In this document: positions 17,400 to 26,932 of the stretch, piece after piece
Position numbering within the stretch: position 1 is the stretch's first letter
Layout of the letters: each line of letters opens with the position of its first letter
Origin: Victivallales bacterium
Lineage (GTDB): Bacteria > Verrucomicrobiota > Lentisphaeria > Victivallales > UBA1829
Reading direction: 5' to 3'
DNA: 64,000 bases
NCBI GenBank assembly: GCA_016285345.1
Contig: JAEEQN010000002.1
Span: 18,290-82,289 of the forward strand
Position numbers and translations under genes: made by a program
Notes under the pieces: generated by a model
Seen by the model: only the letters and a program-made list of their open reading frames with translations
Database searches by the model: none
What the model was told of the DNA's origin: nothing

Positions 17400-18914
17400 T
17401 CAGCGGAGGAAGGAACCGTACCCGGCGAGTCCGGCGAGGATGCCGGAGACGATCTTGTTCTGGTAGTCCGGCGAGGCGATCTTCTTGGCTTCGGCCTCGT
17501 TGGAGAGATAGCCGACTTCGACCAGGACCGCCGGACAGGTCGCGTTTCCGGTCACGTAGATTGCCTGATGGCGGGTGCCCCGGTCGGTTCCGCCTGTCGC
17601 CGCGAGCATACCCTTCTGGATTTCGTAGGCCAGACGCGAGTTGTTGGCGTCGAATTCGTTCGCGGACTGCTTTTCCGTCTTGACCTTGGAGCCTTTCGTC
17701 TCGGTGCCGCCGACGGGGACCGCGCGGTAGGTCTCGATTCCGGCGGGGGTCTTGTTCGTGGAGGAATTGCAGTGGATGGAGATGAAGAGGTCGGGTTTGT
17801 ACTTCTTGCACAGCGCGGCGCGTTCCTGAAGCGTGGGGTAGGTGTCCCCGGTGCGCGTCATGATCACGCGGAATCCGAGTTTTTCGAGCTGGGTCTGGAG
17901 GCGTTTCGCGATTTGCAGCGTGTAGACTTTCTCCTTGTGCGCGCCGTTGATCGCGCCGGGGTCGGTTCCGCCGTGTCCCGCGTCGATCATGATGGTCTTC
18001 ATGCCGAGCTTGACCGGGGTCTTGTAGCGCAGGAGCGGGTCGAGGCAGGTCAGGAAATCGACCTCGGAGATGTACGGCTCGCTGTTCTTGAGGAGCATCG
18101 GGTAGAGGAAATAGACCTGGACGCCGTTGACCGTGCCGTCGCGGTAGGTGGCAGAGAAAATGGCCTTGCGCGTCTTGTCGTAGATGACCGCGCCGGAAAC
18201 CTTGTTCGCTTTGTTTTTCGTGTAGGCGAACGTGAGGCCGTAGTTGACGGCGACGTCGCGCAGATGCACGTATTTGACCTTGTTCTGCATGATCTTGCGG
18301 AGCTTCATGGTCGCGATGTCCTTGTCCTTCGGCGTGGCCGTCTGCGCCGTCGTTGCGGCCGCCGCGGCTTTCTTCTTCGCATCGGCGGCTCTCTGTGCGG
18401 CGACCGCCTTCTCGATCGCCTTCGCGCGTTCGATCGCCAGCTGGCGCTGCCGTTGAAGTTCCTCCGGAGACATGTTTTTTGCCGAAACCGGGTCATCCTT
18501 CGCGGGCGGCGGGACGGATCCGGCGGAGCCGACCGCTTTTTCCGAAGCGGCTTTTTCGGCGGCGGCTTTCGCATCCGCTTCGGCTTTCGCCTTTGCTGCG
18601 GCCGCGGCGGCTTCCTGCTGACGCTGCACGAGGTCGGCTTTATACTTTTCCAGTGCGGCGCGTTCGGCGGCCAGAGCGGCGCGCATGCGTTCGAGGCGGG
18701 CGCGTTCGGCGGCGATCTCCTCGGCGGTCGGGAGTTTCTTCGTTGCTTCGGATGTCGCGCTCTGTGCCGCGTTCTGTGCTGCGTTCTGTACCGCGGATTT
18801 GATCTTGAGATCGGCATCGGAAAGCGGGACGTCCGTGACGGTCTGCGCCATGACGGAAACGGACGCGAAGAGGATGCAGGCGGCGAGGAAAGACAGGAGC
18901 AGGGATTTCGGCAT
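17400..18914 (-). CDS. N-acetylmuramoyl-L-alanine amidase (Amidase_3, AmiC-like) with an alanine/lysine/glutamate-rich N-terminal region
   Basis: IMIDAGHGGTDPGA...DLFISIHCNS...RGTRHQAIYVTGNATCPAVLVEVGYLSN are Amidase_3 hallmarks. A signal peptide is present. Confidence 0.85.
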   Translation of the reverse strand: MPKSLLLSFLAACILFASVSVMAQTVTDVPLSDADLKIKSAVQNAAQNAAQSATSEATKKLPTAEEIAAERARLERMRAALAAERAALEKYKADLVQRQQEAAAAAAKAKAEADAKAAAEKAASEKAVGSAGSVPPPAKDDPVSAKNMSPEELQRQRQLAIERAKAIEKAVAAQRAADAKKKAAAAATTAQTATPKDKDIATMKLRKIMQNKVKYVHLRDVAVNYGLTFAYTKNKANKVSGAVIYDKTRKAIFSATYRDGTVNGVQVYFLYPMLLKNSEPYISEVDFLTCLDPLLRYKTPVKLGMKTIMIDAGHGGTDPGAINGAHKEKVYTLQIAKRLQTQLEKLGFRVIMTRTGDTYPTLQERAALCKKYKPDLFISIHCNSSTNKTPAGIETYRAVPVGGTETKGSKVKTEKQSANEFDANNSRLAYEIQKGMLAATGGTDRGTRHQAIYVTGNATCPAVLVEVGYLSNEAEAKKIASPDYQNKIVSGILAGLAGYGSFLR

Positions 18915-18916
18915 GG

Positions 18917-20152
18917 TTATTCTTCCTTTTTCGCGTCAGACGAGGTTGTTGCGGAGGTGCGCGGGACGGCGGTTCTCAAGGTCTTGGCGGGCGGCTGCGC
19001 CAGAAGTTCCAGCAGTCCGGTCTTCAGCAGGAAAACACGCCCATTGGCTGTGCGTTTTTCGTATTCGGCGCGGGATGCGAGGCGTTTCTTGCGATGCTCG
19101 AACGCGTCGTCCGGCTCGCCGATGAGACGGTGCACGTTTTCAGGATCGAACGAGACGGTCAGGCGTCCGGCGTAGACGTCGGCGTCGGGATTCTCGGCGG
19201 GCATATCGACCTCGACCTTGGCGAATTCCAGCAGATACGCGAATCCGTCGCCCATGACCGTCTGAAATGCATCATTGAACTTCAGGTCCTTCGGCGGATT
19301 GTTCACGAGGTCGACGGAGAACGGCGCGGCGAGCGCGGCGTATTTCTGCGAGAACGCCTCCATGTCAAGTTCGCCCGAGGGCACGAGCAGCTCGAAGTCG
19401 TCCTTGCCCGAGTTCACGAACCAGACGACCGAGGCGGTTTCCGCGCCGGGACGTTTGCGCTGGAACCGCGCGTATACCGGATTCTCCGGCTTGGAGAGGA
19501 ACAGCGGTTCGATCCATTGGCGCGGGTTCGGCACGCATTTCTCGAAAACGCGCGAAATGAGGAAGACGCGGCTGGATTTGTCGGGATACCATACGCGGAT
19601 GTAACGGCCGTCGTAGCCCTGCACGGCGAGGTTGCCGATGCGGTCGGCGGCGAGGCGCGTGTGGCCGCGTCCGAGCATGATGCGGAGCAGTTCCGCGCCG
19701 TGTTCGTCGCGGAGGACGGCGAGGATGCCTTCGGAATTCTTCAGGCCGGATTCCGCGCCCGGCGCGGCAATCTCTTCCGGCGAGACCAGGTTCAGATCCT
19801 TGAGGTCGTTCATGCCGGAGATTTCCAGCTCCTTCAGCGGCGCGGCTTTCGCGAGGCCCTCCAGCAGTTCGGCGACCTGCGCGGACGCCGCCTGTGCTCC
19901 GGCGCGTTCCTTCACTGCCCAGTACTGGCCGTCCTGCATGAAATCCAGCGTGCTTTTCTGCGTGCGCCAGGAGATTTCGAGCGAACGGACGTCCTCCGGG
20001 CGAAATTCCGGCAGTTCGAGGCGCGCGGAGGCTGTGTTCGAGGCGGATTCGCGGCGGAGACGCAGTTCGGACACCGCGGCGAGCGCCGTGACGGCCGCGA
20101 GGAAAAGAATGATGAGGACTCTGCGCTTTTTCATGAGATGTGCCGTTTCCAT
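18917..20152 (-). CDS. DUF4340-like protein (usual partner of GldG-type ABC systems)
   Basis: 411 aa with an N-terminal TM. Its position directly downstream of and overlapping the GldG-fusion gene matches the common ABC-ATPase/ABC-2/GldG/DUF4340 gene order. Confidence 0.55.
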   Translation of the reverse strand: METAHLMKKRRVLIILFLAAVTALAAVSELRLRRESASNTASARLELPEFRPEDVRSLEISWRTQKSTLDFMQDGQYWAVKERAGAQAASAQVAELLEGLAKAAPLKELEISGMNDLKDLNLVSPEEIAAPGAESGLKNSEGILAVLRDEHGAELLRIMLGRGHTRLAADRIGNLAVQGYDGRYIRVWYPDKSSRVFLISRVFEKCVPNPRQWIEPLFLSKPENPVYARFQRKRPGAETASVVWFVNSGKDDFELLVPSGELDMEAFSQKYAALAAPFSVDLVNNPPKDLKFNDAFQTVMGDGFAYLLEFAKVEVDMPAENPDADVYAGRLTVSFDPENVHRLIGEPDDAFEHRKKRLASRAEYEKRTANGRVFLLKTGLLELLAQPPAKTLRTAVPRTSATTSSDAKKEE

Positions 20153-22746
20153 TTGAGTTTGCGGGCGATGCTCCAGACGATGCCGCAGAGGATGACGAAC
20201 GCGGGGATCAGGACGATGTTGATGAGGCGGACCGTGTTGTTGATGCGGTCAAGGTCCTGCCGCAGCTGGAGACGGATCTCGCGGATTTCGCGTTTGAGCG
20301 CGGCGTCCTTCTGTTCATAGGTGTTCAGCAGCTCGCGCTGTTCCTGCGTCAGACGCGCCGCGCCGCCGCTTACGATCAGCTGTTTGCGTATGGATTCCAC
20401 GCGGTCTTCCAGCCGCATGGATTCCTCGGCGAGGGCTAGGATGCGGTCCTTGAACGCGAGATCGGCGCGCATCTGGCTTTCGTTGATGCGCGTGAGCGGA
20501 CGGGACATCGGGATGCGGCTGCGGAGCGAGGAAAGCCTGCCGCCTCCGCAGAGTGATTCCACCACGTTCTCCATGAGCGTGATGTTGTCGTTGCTGCGGA
20601 CCACGATGGTCTGTCCGAATTCGTCCTTGGCCTGCGCGACGCAGGCGTCGTGGAAGAGCATGTCGGCATCGCCGAAGAGGTAGACTTCACCGGGCTTGAC
20701 GTTGGTTTCCTCCGAATCGTATGCGCTCGGGAACTGTCCCGTGATGTGCATAAGGAGATTGAGCTTTTCGCCGGAATGCTTGCCGGGTGCGGCGAAGTCC
20801 GCCAGGATCTTTTCCGGCTGGTCCGCCACGTCCGCGACCATGGAGTAGTCGGTCGTGTAGACCAGCGGCTCGAACGTCAGCGACTTCGGGGGATTCCGCA
20901 GGTCGAAGAACCCGGCGTAGTTCATGCGCAGCGAGGTCAGGCCGCCCGTGACCGGGTTGCCTCGGTCGATGCCCGTCTCGTTGATGAGGAGCGCGGTCGG
21001 GATCGTCCGGCGGACGCCGGATTTGTCCAGCTGGTCGTACTTGAAATTCATGTCGGCGGCGAGGCGCGACGGGGAATACGCCACGCCCCATTCCTTGAGA
21101 AGCGGCTCCAGCGTGGAGTCGGTCATGTTCACGTAGCTGTAGTCCTTCTGCGCCGAGGCGAGCGCGTAGGCGGACAGCGGATCCACGAACACCGCCATGC
21201 GGCCGCCATTCACCAGATAAGCGTCGATCGCCTCAAGCGTCCTCTGGTCGAATTCGTGCGGATGCACCACCAGCAGGGCGTCCAGTCCATCCGGGATCTC
21301 CTTCAGGTCCGTCGGGAGCTCCTTCAGCGTGTAGTCCTTGTTCAGTTCAGTGAAGAGGTACCAGGCCGCCGCGCCGGAACTCCCGGTCTGGGGCGACGGG
21401 GCGCGTCCGAGCACGGGGAACGGGCTCATCACGCCGACCGCGGGGCGTTTCGGATTCTGCGCGTGCATGACGCGCCGCAGAAGCTCGTATTCGAGCATGG
21501 ATTCGTTTTTCGGGGAGAGGAACGGCGCGGCGAGGCAGAGCTGACCGGAGGAAACGGTCATGCCGAGGAAGAACCGGTTGCCGCCGGCGTTCTTTGCGGG
21601 CTGAAGTCCCTCGATGATCGCGGCTTCCTCTTCGCGGGTGTCCGGGCCGGGCGTGATGATCTCAAGCGTGACCTTGCCGCCCGCTTCCTTGCTGAACTCG
21701 CGCAGAAGCCATTTCACGCGTTCGGCGTAGCCCAGCAGGTCTTTCGGCGTGTCCGCGCCCGGCGGCGAGACGTACAGGCGCACGGTCACGTGACGATCCA
21801 GCGAACGCGCCAGGGAACGCGCCTCTGGCGAGAGCGAATACGCCCGGTCGGCGGTGCAGTCGATGCGGACGCGGAACGCCTCGGCCGTGAGCGCGAGGCA
21901 GATGAAGACGTAGACGGCGACCACGAACGACAGCGCCATGGACAGGACGTTCTTCCACGTGTAGCGGTCGCGGAGCGCGCCGGGGAGGAAGAGTCCGCCG
22001 CCGCCCGACGCCGCGTAGGCCAGCACGGTCCGCGCGAAGTAGAGGAAGAGCAGCGTGATCAGGATGCTGTAGGTGAGTTCGGAAGTATCGAAAAGGCCGC
22101 GCTGGAACGCCTGGTAATGCGGCACGACCGTGCAGTAGGAGACGAGGCGGCAGACGCTTTCCGGGAGCCACTGGTACAGCAGGGCCGTCACGCGGTCCCA
22201 GCCGGTGAACATCAGCAACGCACACAGCAGGAGCGCGAGCAGGAAGCTGGCCGTCTGGCTTTTCGAGAGCGCGGAACAGAAGCTCGAAACGGCCAGAAAC
22301 GCCGAGCCGACGAGCAACGCCCCGGCATAGCCGCAGACGATCGCGCCGACGTCGGGCTGGCCGAGCACGGCGATGGTGACCGGGACCGGCAGTGTCAGGG
22401 CGAGCGCCGTTGCGACGAGCGCCATGCCCGCGAGGTATTTGCCGAAGACGAGTTCCCAGAGCGAGATCGGGTAGGAGAGGGTGAGCTCGAACGTGCCGAC
22501 GCGGCGTTCCTCCGCCCAGAGCGGCATGCCGAGCGCGGGCATCAGGAACATGAACAGCCACGGCATCCAGTTGAAGAACAGGCTGAGCTCGGCCTGCCCG
22601 AGCGCGAGGATGTCGCTGAAGACGAACGTGCAGACGTTCGCCATCACGAGGAAGATCACGAGGAAGACCCACGCGGCGGGCGAGGCGAGGCTCGCGAAGA
22701 ACTCGCGTGAGGCGACGGCGAAGATGCGGCGGAGGGAAGCGGTCAT
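20131..22746 (-). CDS. Fusion of an ABC-2-type permease (N-terminal about 260 aa) with a GldG-like domain
   Basis: The N-terminus has six hydrophobic helices. VTVRLYVSPPGADTPKDLLGYAERVKWLLREFSKEAGGKVTLEIITPGPD is the typical GldG start. There is a C-terminal TM anchor. Confidence 0.8.
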   Translation of the reverse strand: MTASLRRIFAVASREFFASLASPAAWVFLVIFLVMANVCTFVFSDILALGQAELSLFFNWMPWLFMFLMPALGMPLWAEERRVGTFELTLSYPISLWELVFGKYLAGMALVATALALTLPVPVTIAVLGQPDVGAIVCGYAGALLVGSAFLAVSSFCSALSKSQTASFLLALLLCALLMFTGWDRVTALLYQWLPESVCRLVSYCTVVPHYQAFQRGLFDTSELTYSILITLLFLYFARTVLAYAASGGGGLFLPGALRDRYTWKNVLSMALSFVVAVYVFICLALTAEAFRVRIDCTADRAYSLSPEARSLARSLDRHVTVRLYVSPPGADTPKDLLGYAERVKWLLREFSKEAGGKVTLEIITPGPDTREEEAAIIEGLQPAKNAGGNRFFLGMTVSSGQLCLAAPFLSPKNESMLEYELLRRVMHAQNPKRPAVGVMSPFPVLGRAPSPQTGSSGAAAWYLFTELNKDYTLKELPTDLKEIPDGLDALLVVHPHEFDQRTLEAIDAYLVNGGRMAVFVDPLSAYALASAQKDYSYVNMTDSTLEPLLKEWGVAYSPSRLAADMNFKYDQLDKSGVRRTIPTALLINETGIDRGNPVTGGLTSLRMNYAGFFDLRNPPKSLTFEPLVYTTDYSMVADVADQPEKILADFAAPGKHSGEKLNLLMHITGQFPSAYDSEETNVKPGEVYLFGDADMLFHDACVAQAKDEFGQTIVVRSNDNITLMENVVESLCGGGRLSSLRSRIPMSRPLTRINESQMRADLAFKDRILALAEESMRLEDRVESIRKQLIVSGGAARLTQEQRELLNTYEQKDAALKREIREIRLQLRQDLDRINNTVRLINIVLIPAFVILCGIVWSIARKLKWKRHIS

Positions 22747-23474
22747 GCCTGTTCTCCTTCCGTCATGACGGCGAAGAGTCCGGCGAGGTCGGTGTGGAGC
22801 GCGTCGGCCTTCGCCCGGAATTCATCTTTCGCGCCGTCGAACAGTGTTTTGCCCCTGCAGAGCAGGAAGACGCGGGAGCAGACGGCGTCGACCTCCTCCA
22901 GGATGTGCGTGGAGATGATGACGGCGGTTTCCTCCTTGAGCGAGAGGATCAGCTCGCGGATCTGGCGTTTCTGGTTCGGGTCGAGACCGTCGGTCGGCTC
23001 GTCCATGATGAGCGCCTTCGGGTCGTGCAGGATGGACTGCGCCAGACAGACACGGCGCTTATAGCCCTTCGACAGGGATTCGATCTCCTGCCCGGCGGCT
23101 TCCTTCAGCGCACAGCGTTCGACGGCGCGGTCCACGCGGCGGGCGAGTTCGCGCCCGGAGAACCCGTGCAGACGGCCCGTGTAGGCGAGGAACGCGCGGA
23201 CGGTCATGGTCATGTGGAGCGGGGCGTTTTCGGGCAGGAATCCGATGCGGGCTTTCGCGAGGCGCGGTTCGGCCTCGATGTCGATGCCGTCGATGCGGAC
23301 CCGACCCGCGTAGGGCGGCATGACGCCGCTGATCATCTTCATGGTCGTGGTCTTGCCCGCGCCGTTCGGCCCGATGAAGCCAAGCACGTCGCCGACGTTC
23401 ACGTGCAGCGAGAGGTCGTCGACCACGAGCCGCGTGCCGTAGCGCTTGAAAAGGTGTTCCGCTTCGATCATCAT
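22743..23474 (-). CDS. ABC transporter ATP-binding protein
   Basis: Walker A GPNGAGKTT, signature LSKGYKRRV, Walker B LIMDEPTDGLD, H-loop STHIL. 4-nt overlap with the downstream permease gene. Confidence 0.92.
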   Translation of the reverse strand: MMIEAEHLFKRYGTRLVVDDLSLHVNVGDVLGFIGPNGAGKTTTMKMISGVMPPYAGRVRIDGIDIEAEPRLAKARIGFLPENAPLHMTMTVRAFLAYTGRLHGFSGRELARRVDRAVERCALKEAAGQEIESLSKGYKRRVCLAQSILHDPKALIMDEPTDGLDPNQKRQIRELILSLKEETAVIISTHILEEVDAVCSRVFLLCRGKTLFDGAKDEFRAKADALHTDLAGLFAVMTEGEQA

Positions 23475-23499
23475 GCCGGGACTTGCTCCGATTTCGGGG

Positions 23500-24483
23500 T
23501 CAGCGGGTGTCGCGGGCGAGTTCGCTGTCCTGGAACAGGAAGAACGCCCAGCCGATCCAGGCGGCGCAGTACAGGACGGAGTAGGTCGCGGTCCAGACGA
23601 AATACGACGCGGGGATGTGGACGCGGTTCGACAGTACGTCGGCCATCCAGAAGAGCTGCCAGTTCGGGACCAGCGAGGTGCAGAGCAGCGCGCTCACGGA
23701 ACCCGTGCCGAACACCCGCGCTGCGAAATAATGCAGCACCATCCCGATCAGGAAGAGGATCAGGCACACCATCAGGTTGCCCACGATCTCCATCCTGGTC
23801 GCCAGCGCCGAGCTGATCACACCCATGATCCAGACGGCGAAGAACAGCATGCACAGGGCCGGAAGCAGAACGTCCGCCGCCATGAACGTTTCCTTGTCCG
23901 TCAGCTGATAGTCGGACAGCGTTTTCATGCGGACGACGTGCGAGACCGCGGCGATCACAGGGAACAGGACGGCCATGGCCGCGACGGCGTTGGACGAGAA
24001 GGATTTCTGTGCGATGAAATTGCGGACGCCGCCGTAGACCGCGGCCGCGCAGATCGCGCCGAAATAGCACCAGACGAGCGGCTTGCTCAGTTTGAACTGG
24101 TCGACCGCGATCAGGACGGAGAGCCAGGTGGCGGCGTTGCAGACGAGGACAAAGATGGTGAGCGAGACCAGGATGCCGATGACCTTCGAGATCACGAAGG
24201 AGAACCGCGACACGGGTTTCGACATCAGCAGCAGGACCGTGCCGTTCTTCATCTCGCGGCTGATCGTGCGCGCCGAACAGAGGACCGCGGCGAAGAGGCC
24301 GAACAGCATGGTCGTGGCCATGGAGCTGTCGCAGACCAGGCGTATCTGCTGACGGAACACGAACAGCGAGAAGTACGGGAACAGTCCGATCATGATCAGC
24401 GCCGCCAGCAGCATCAGGTAGTACACCGGTTCGCGCAGACACTCCCGGCAGGCGTTCATGGAAAGGCGGAAGATCGTGAACAT
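23500..24483 (-). CDS. ABC-2-type/NosY-like permease-family membrane protein
   Basis: 327 aa, polytopic. The REMKNGTVLLLMSKPVSR motif is typical of ABC-2 permease subunits. Confidence 0.6.
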   Translation of the reverse strand: MFTIFRLSMNACRECLREPVYYLMLLAALIMIGLFPYFSLFVFRQQIRLVCDSSMATTMLFGLFAAVLCSARTISREMKNGTVLLLMSKPVSRFSFVISKVIGILVSLTIFVLVCNAATWLSVLIAVDQFKLSKPLVWCYFGAICAAAVYGGVRNFIAQKSFSSNAVAAMAVLFPVIAAVSHVVRMKTLSDYQLTDKETFMAADVLLPALCMLFFAVWIMGVISSALATRMEIVGNLMVCLILFLIGMVLHYFAARVFGTGSVSALLCTSLVPNWQLFWMADVLSNRVHIPASYFVWTATYSVLYCAAWIGWAFFLFQDSELARDTR

Positions 24484-24489
24484 CGTGGA

Positions 24490-25815
24490 TCACTCCGCGT
24501 TGCGTTTGCCCTGATTCTGCAGGTAGTCCAGATAGTGGTCGGAGAGATTGGTCTTCAGCGTCCGGCGGAAGAACTCGTCGAGGCGCGCCGTGTTGACCTT
24601 CCATTCGGAGTCGGAGAAATCGACCTTGCGGACGCCTTCCGGGACGGCCAGACGGTACACGGGGTTGATGTAGGATTCATCGCCCAGGAAGATGACCGTT
24701 TCGGGGCGGAGATAGGCGATGAACTGCGAGAGCTGGGGCGCGAACAGGGCGACTTCCAGTTCGCCGGAATTCTTCCTGCCGCCGCTGAAATAGACCTGAT
24801 CGTCCTTCGAGGGTTTGCCGGGGTTGGACGGCAGCAGGATGTACGGCACGTCGTATTCCGTGCGGAGGTACTCGGCGATCACCTTGCGCGGGATGCGGTA
24901 GTTCGCGACGACCACGAGATAGGGGAGCGGTTTGTGCTTCTTGTAGCCCCAGAACGGTTCCTTGCGTTCCTTCGCGGCCTTGACGGGTTCCGCCTCGGTC
25001 GCGGCGTCGGCCTTCACGTACTTCTCTTCGAGTTCGCGGAGCTGGTCCGAGTCGATCTTGCCTTCCTCGAACTCCTTCTGGGCGAGGAGCAGACGGTCTT
25101 CGCGGGCGGTATGGAGCTCAAGCTGCTTGTCGGTCAGGAGCGTTTCGTTTTCGGGGGAGGGGACGGCGGCGAGGATGGCCGTGTAGTTCGTGAGGCATTC
25201 GATCTCTGCATCAAGTTTCTCGGCAGGCTGGGCGTTTCCGGCGGCCTCGCGGGCAGTGACTTCGGCGAGCGCGTCGCTGCTGGCCATGAGGTTGGCGGAA
25301 AGGACGTCGACTTCGGCCTTCTTTTCGGCGGAGAGATCGGCGTCGGCGATCATCGTTGCGAGTTCGGGGAAACGTTCCTCGAACGCCGTGGCGACTTTTT
25401 CCTCGGCGGCTTTCTTTTTTTCTTCGGCAGAGGCCTTGGCTTCAGCTTCGGCTTTTGCCTTCTCGGCGGCGGCCTTTGCCTCGGCCTCGGCTTTCGCCTT
25501 ATTCGCGGCGGCCTTGGCCTCGGCTTCCTTCTTCGCCTTCTGGGCCTCTACTTCGGCTTTCAAAGCAGCCTGCGCCTTTTCGGCAGCCTTTTCGGCAGCC
25601 TCTTCTTTCGCCTTATCGCGACGTTTCATGATCTGTTCCGCCTCAGCGGCGGCCTTTGCCTCGGCTTCGGCATTAGCCTGCTCGGTCGCGGGAACTGCGG
25701 CGGGGATTGCCGCCGGAGCGGGCTTTTCTGCCACATCATCGGCGGCGAATGAGAGCGCGGCGAGTGCGCAGAGGATCATGCAGAGGGGTACGGAGGAATA
25801 TTTTGGAAGCTTCAT
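24490..25815 (-). CDS. Secreted hypothetical protein with a long Ala/Glu/Lys-rich low-complexity region and a globular C-terminal domain
   Basis: 441 aa. Signal peptide (MILCALAALSFA). AEAEAKAAAEKAKAEAEAKA-type repeats. First gene of the minus-strand operon. Confidence 0.6.
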   Translation of the reverse strand: MKLPKYSSVPLCMILCALAALSFAADDVAEKPAPAAIPAAVPATEQANAEAEAKAAAEAEQIMKRRDKAKEEAAEKAAEKAQAALKAEVEAQKAKKEAEAKAAANKAKAEAEAKAAAEKAKAEAEAKASAEEKKKAAEEKVATAFEERFPELATMIADADLSAEKKAEVDVLSANLMASSDALAEVTAREAAGNAQPAEKLDAEIECLTNYTAILAAVPSPENETLLTDKQLELHTAREDRLLLAQKEFEEGKIDSDQLRELEEKYVKADAATEAEPVKAAKERKEPFWGYKKHKPLPYLVVVANYRIPRKVIAEYLRTEYDVPYILLPSNPGKPSKDDQVYFSGGRKNSGELEVALFAPQLSQFIAYLRPETVIFLGDESYINPVYRLAVPEGVRKVDFSDSEWKVNTARLDEFFRRTLKTNLSDHYLDYLQNQGKRNAE

Positions 25816-25937
25816 TTCATGTCTCCAGCAGAAAATTTTGGAATAAAAACGAAAAAAGTCGGTGAATCGATTTGCGAAACGAAAATCACCGTTTATATTT
25901 TAAACACAAAATCGCAAAAATCAAATGAAAGAACGCC

Positions 25938-26816
25938 ATGTCTTCCACTTTTTTTCAAACTTTTCCGGAAAAACCGGCCGCGGCCGTGTTTTTGAGCGGG
26001 ACCGGCACGAACGCCGCCAAGCTGCTTGAGGGGTGGCACTCCGGCGCATTTTCCGGCTGGACTCCGCGCGTCCTGGTGACCGACAAACCCGAAACGAGCC
26101 GCGCCCGCGCCCTGGCGGCGCAGTACGGACTGCCGCTCGTCGAACACGACATCGCGAATTTCTACCGCGAACGCGGGTTGGAAAAGATCGCGCTGACCTC
26201 GGAACGAGCCCTTCAGGTGCGCGAGGAATGGACCGGCGCGCTGATCCGCCTGCTCATGCCGTTCAGCGTCCAGTTCGGCATCCTCGCCGGATTCGTGCCG
26301 CTCTCCAACATCACGTGCGTCCTGCCGTGCCTGAACGTCCATCCCGGCGACCTCACGCTCGAGGAGGACGGACGGCGTTATCTGGCGGGACTTCAGCGTC
26401 TCCCGGTCGAAACGGCTCTGCTCCGCGGCCACACGAGCCTCCGCAGCAGCGTCATCATCGCGCAGGCGTTCACCGGCGGCGCGAAGGAGATGGACTCCGG
26501 CCCGGTGCTGGGAATCTCCGCTCCGGTCCCGGTCGACCTCATGGGCGCGACCGTCGACGAGCTCAGGGCGTGCCAGGCGGCGCGTCAGGGGAAGAAGCCG
26601 GCGGAATACCGCGGCGACCTGCTGATGCAGGCGGCGGAATGCAACCTGGAGAACCTGAAGGAACACGGCGACTGGGTCGTCTTCCCTCAGACGGTCGACG
26701 ATTTCGCGCGGAACAAGTTCTCGCTGGACCAGGACGGCACGCTGCGTTACGAGGGGAATCCCGTGAAGACGGTGGAATATTCGGAAAACGCCGCGCCGCG
26801 TCCGGTCGCCATCTAA
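25938..26816 (+). CDS. Formyltransferase-domain protein (PurN-like)
   Basis: VFLSGTGTNAAKLLEG resembles the PurN N-terminal motif, and LNVHPGDL resembles N[IV]HPSLLP. There is an extra C-terminal extension of about 80 aa. Confidence 0.55.
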   Translation: MSSTFFQTFPEKPAAAVFLSGTGTNAAKLLEGWHSGAFSGWTPRVLVTDKPETSRARALAAQYGLPLVEHDIANFYRERGLEKIALTSERALQVREEWTGALIRLLMPFSVQFGILAGFVPLSNITCVLPCLNVHPGDLTLEEDGRRYLAGLQRLPVETALLRGHTSLRSSVIIAQAFTGGAKEMDSGPVLGISAPVPVDLMGATVDELRACQAARQGKKPAEYRGDLLMQAAECNLENLKEHGDWVVFPQTVDDFARNKFSLDQDGTLRYEGNPVKTVEYSENAAPRPVAI

Positions 26817-26932
26817 TCCGCCAGTTTAGAAACAAATTTGAGATAAAACACCCGTTTTTCCACTTGTAAAAAGGCGGAAACGGGTGTATTATTATTGTTT
26901 GGTTTGACAACTTACATGGAGACAGCCATATC

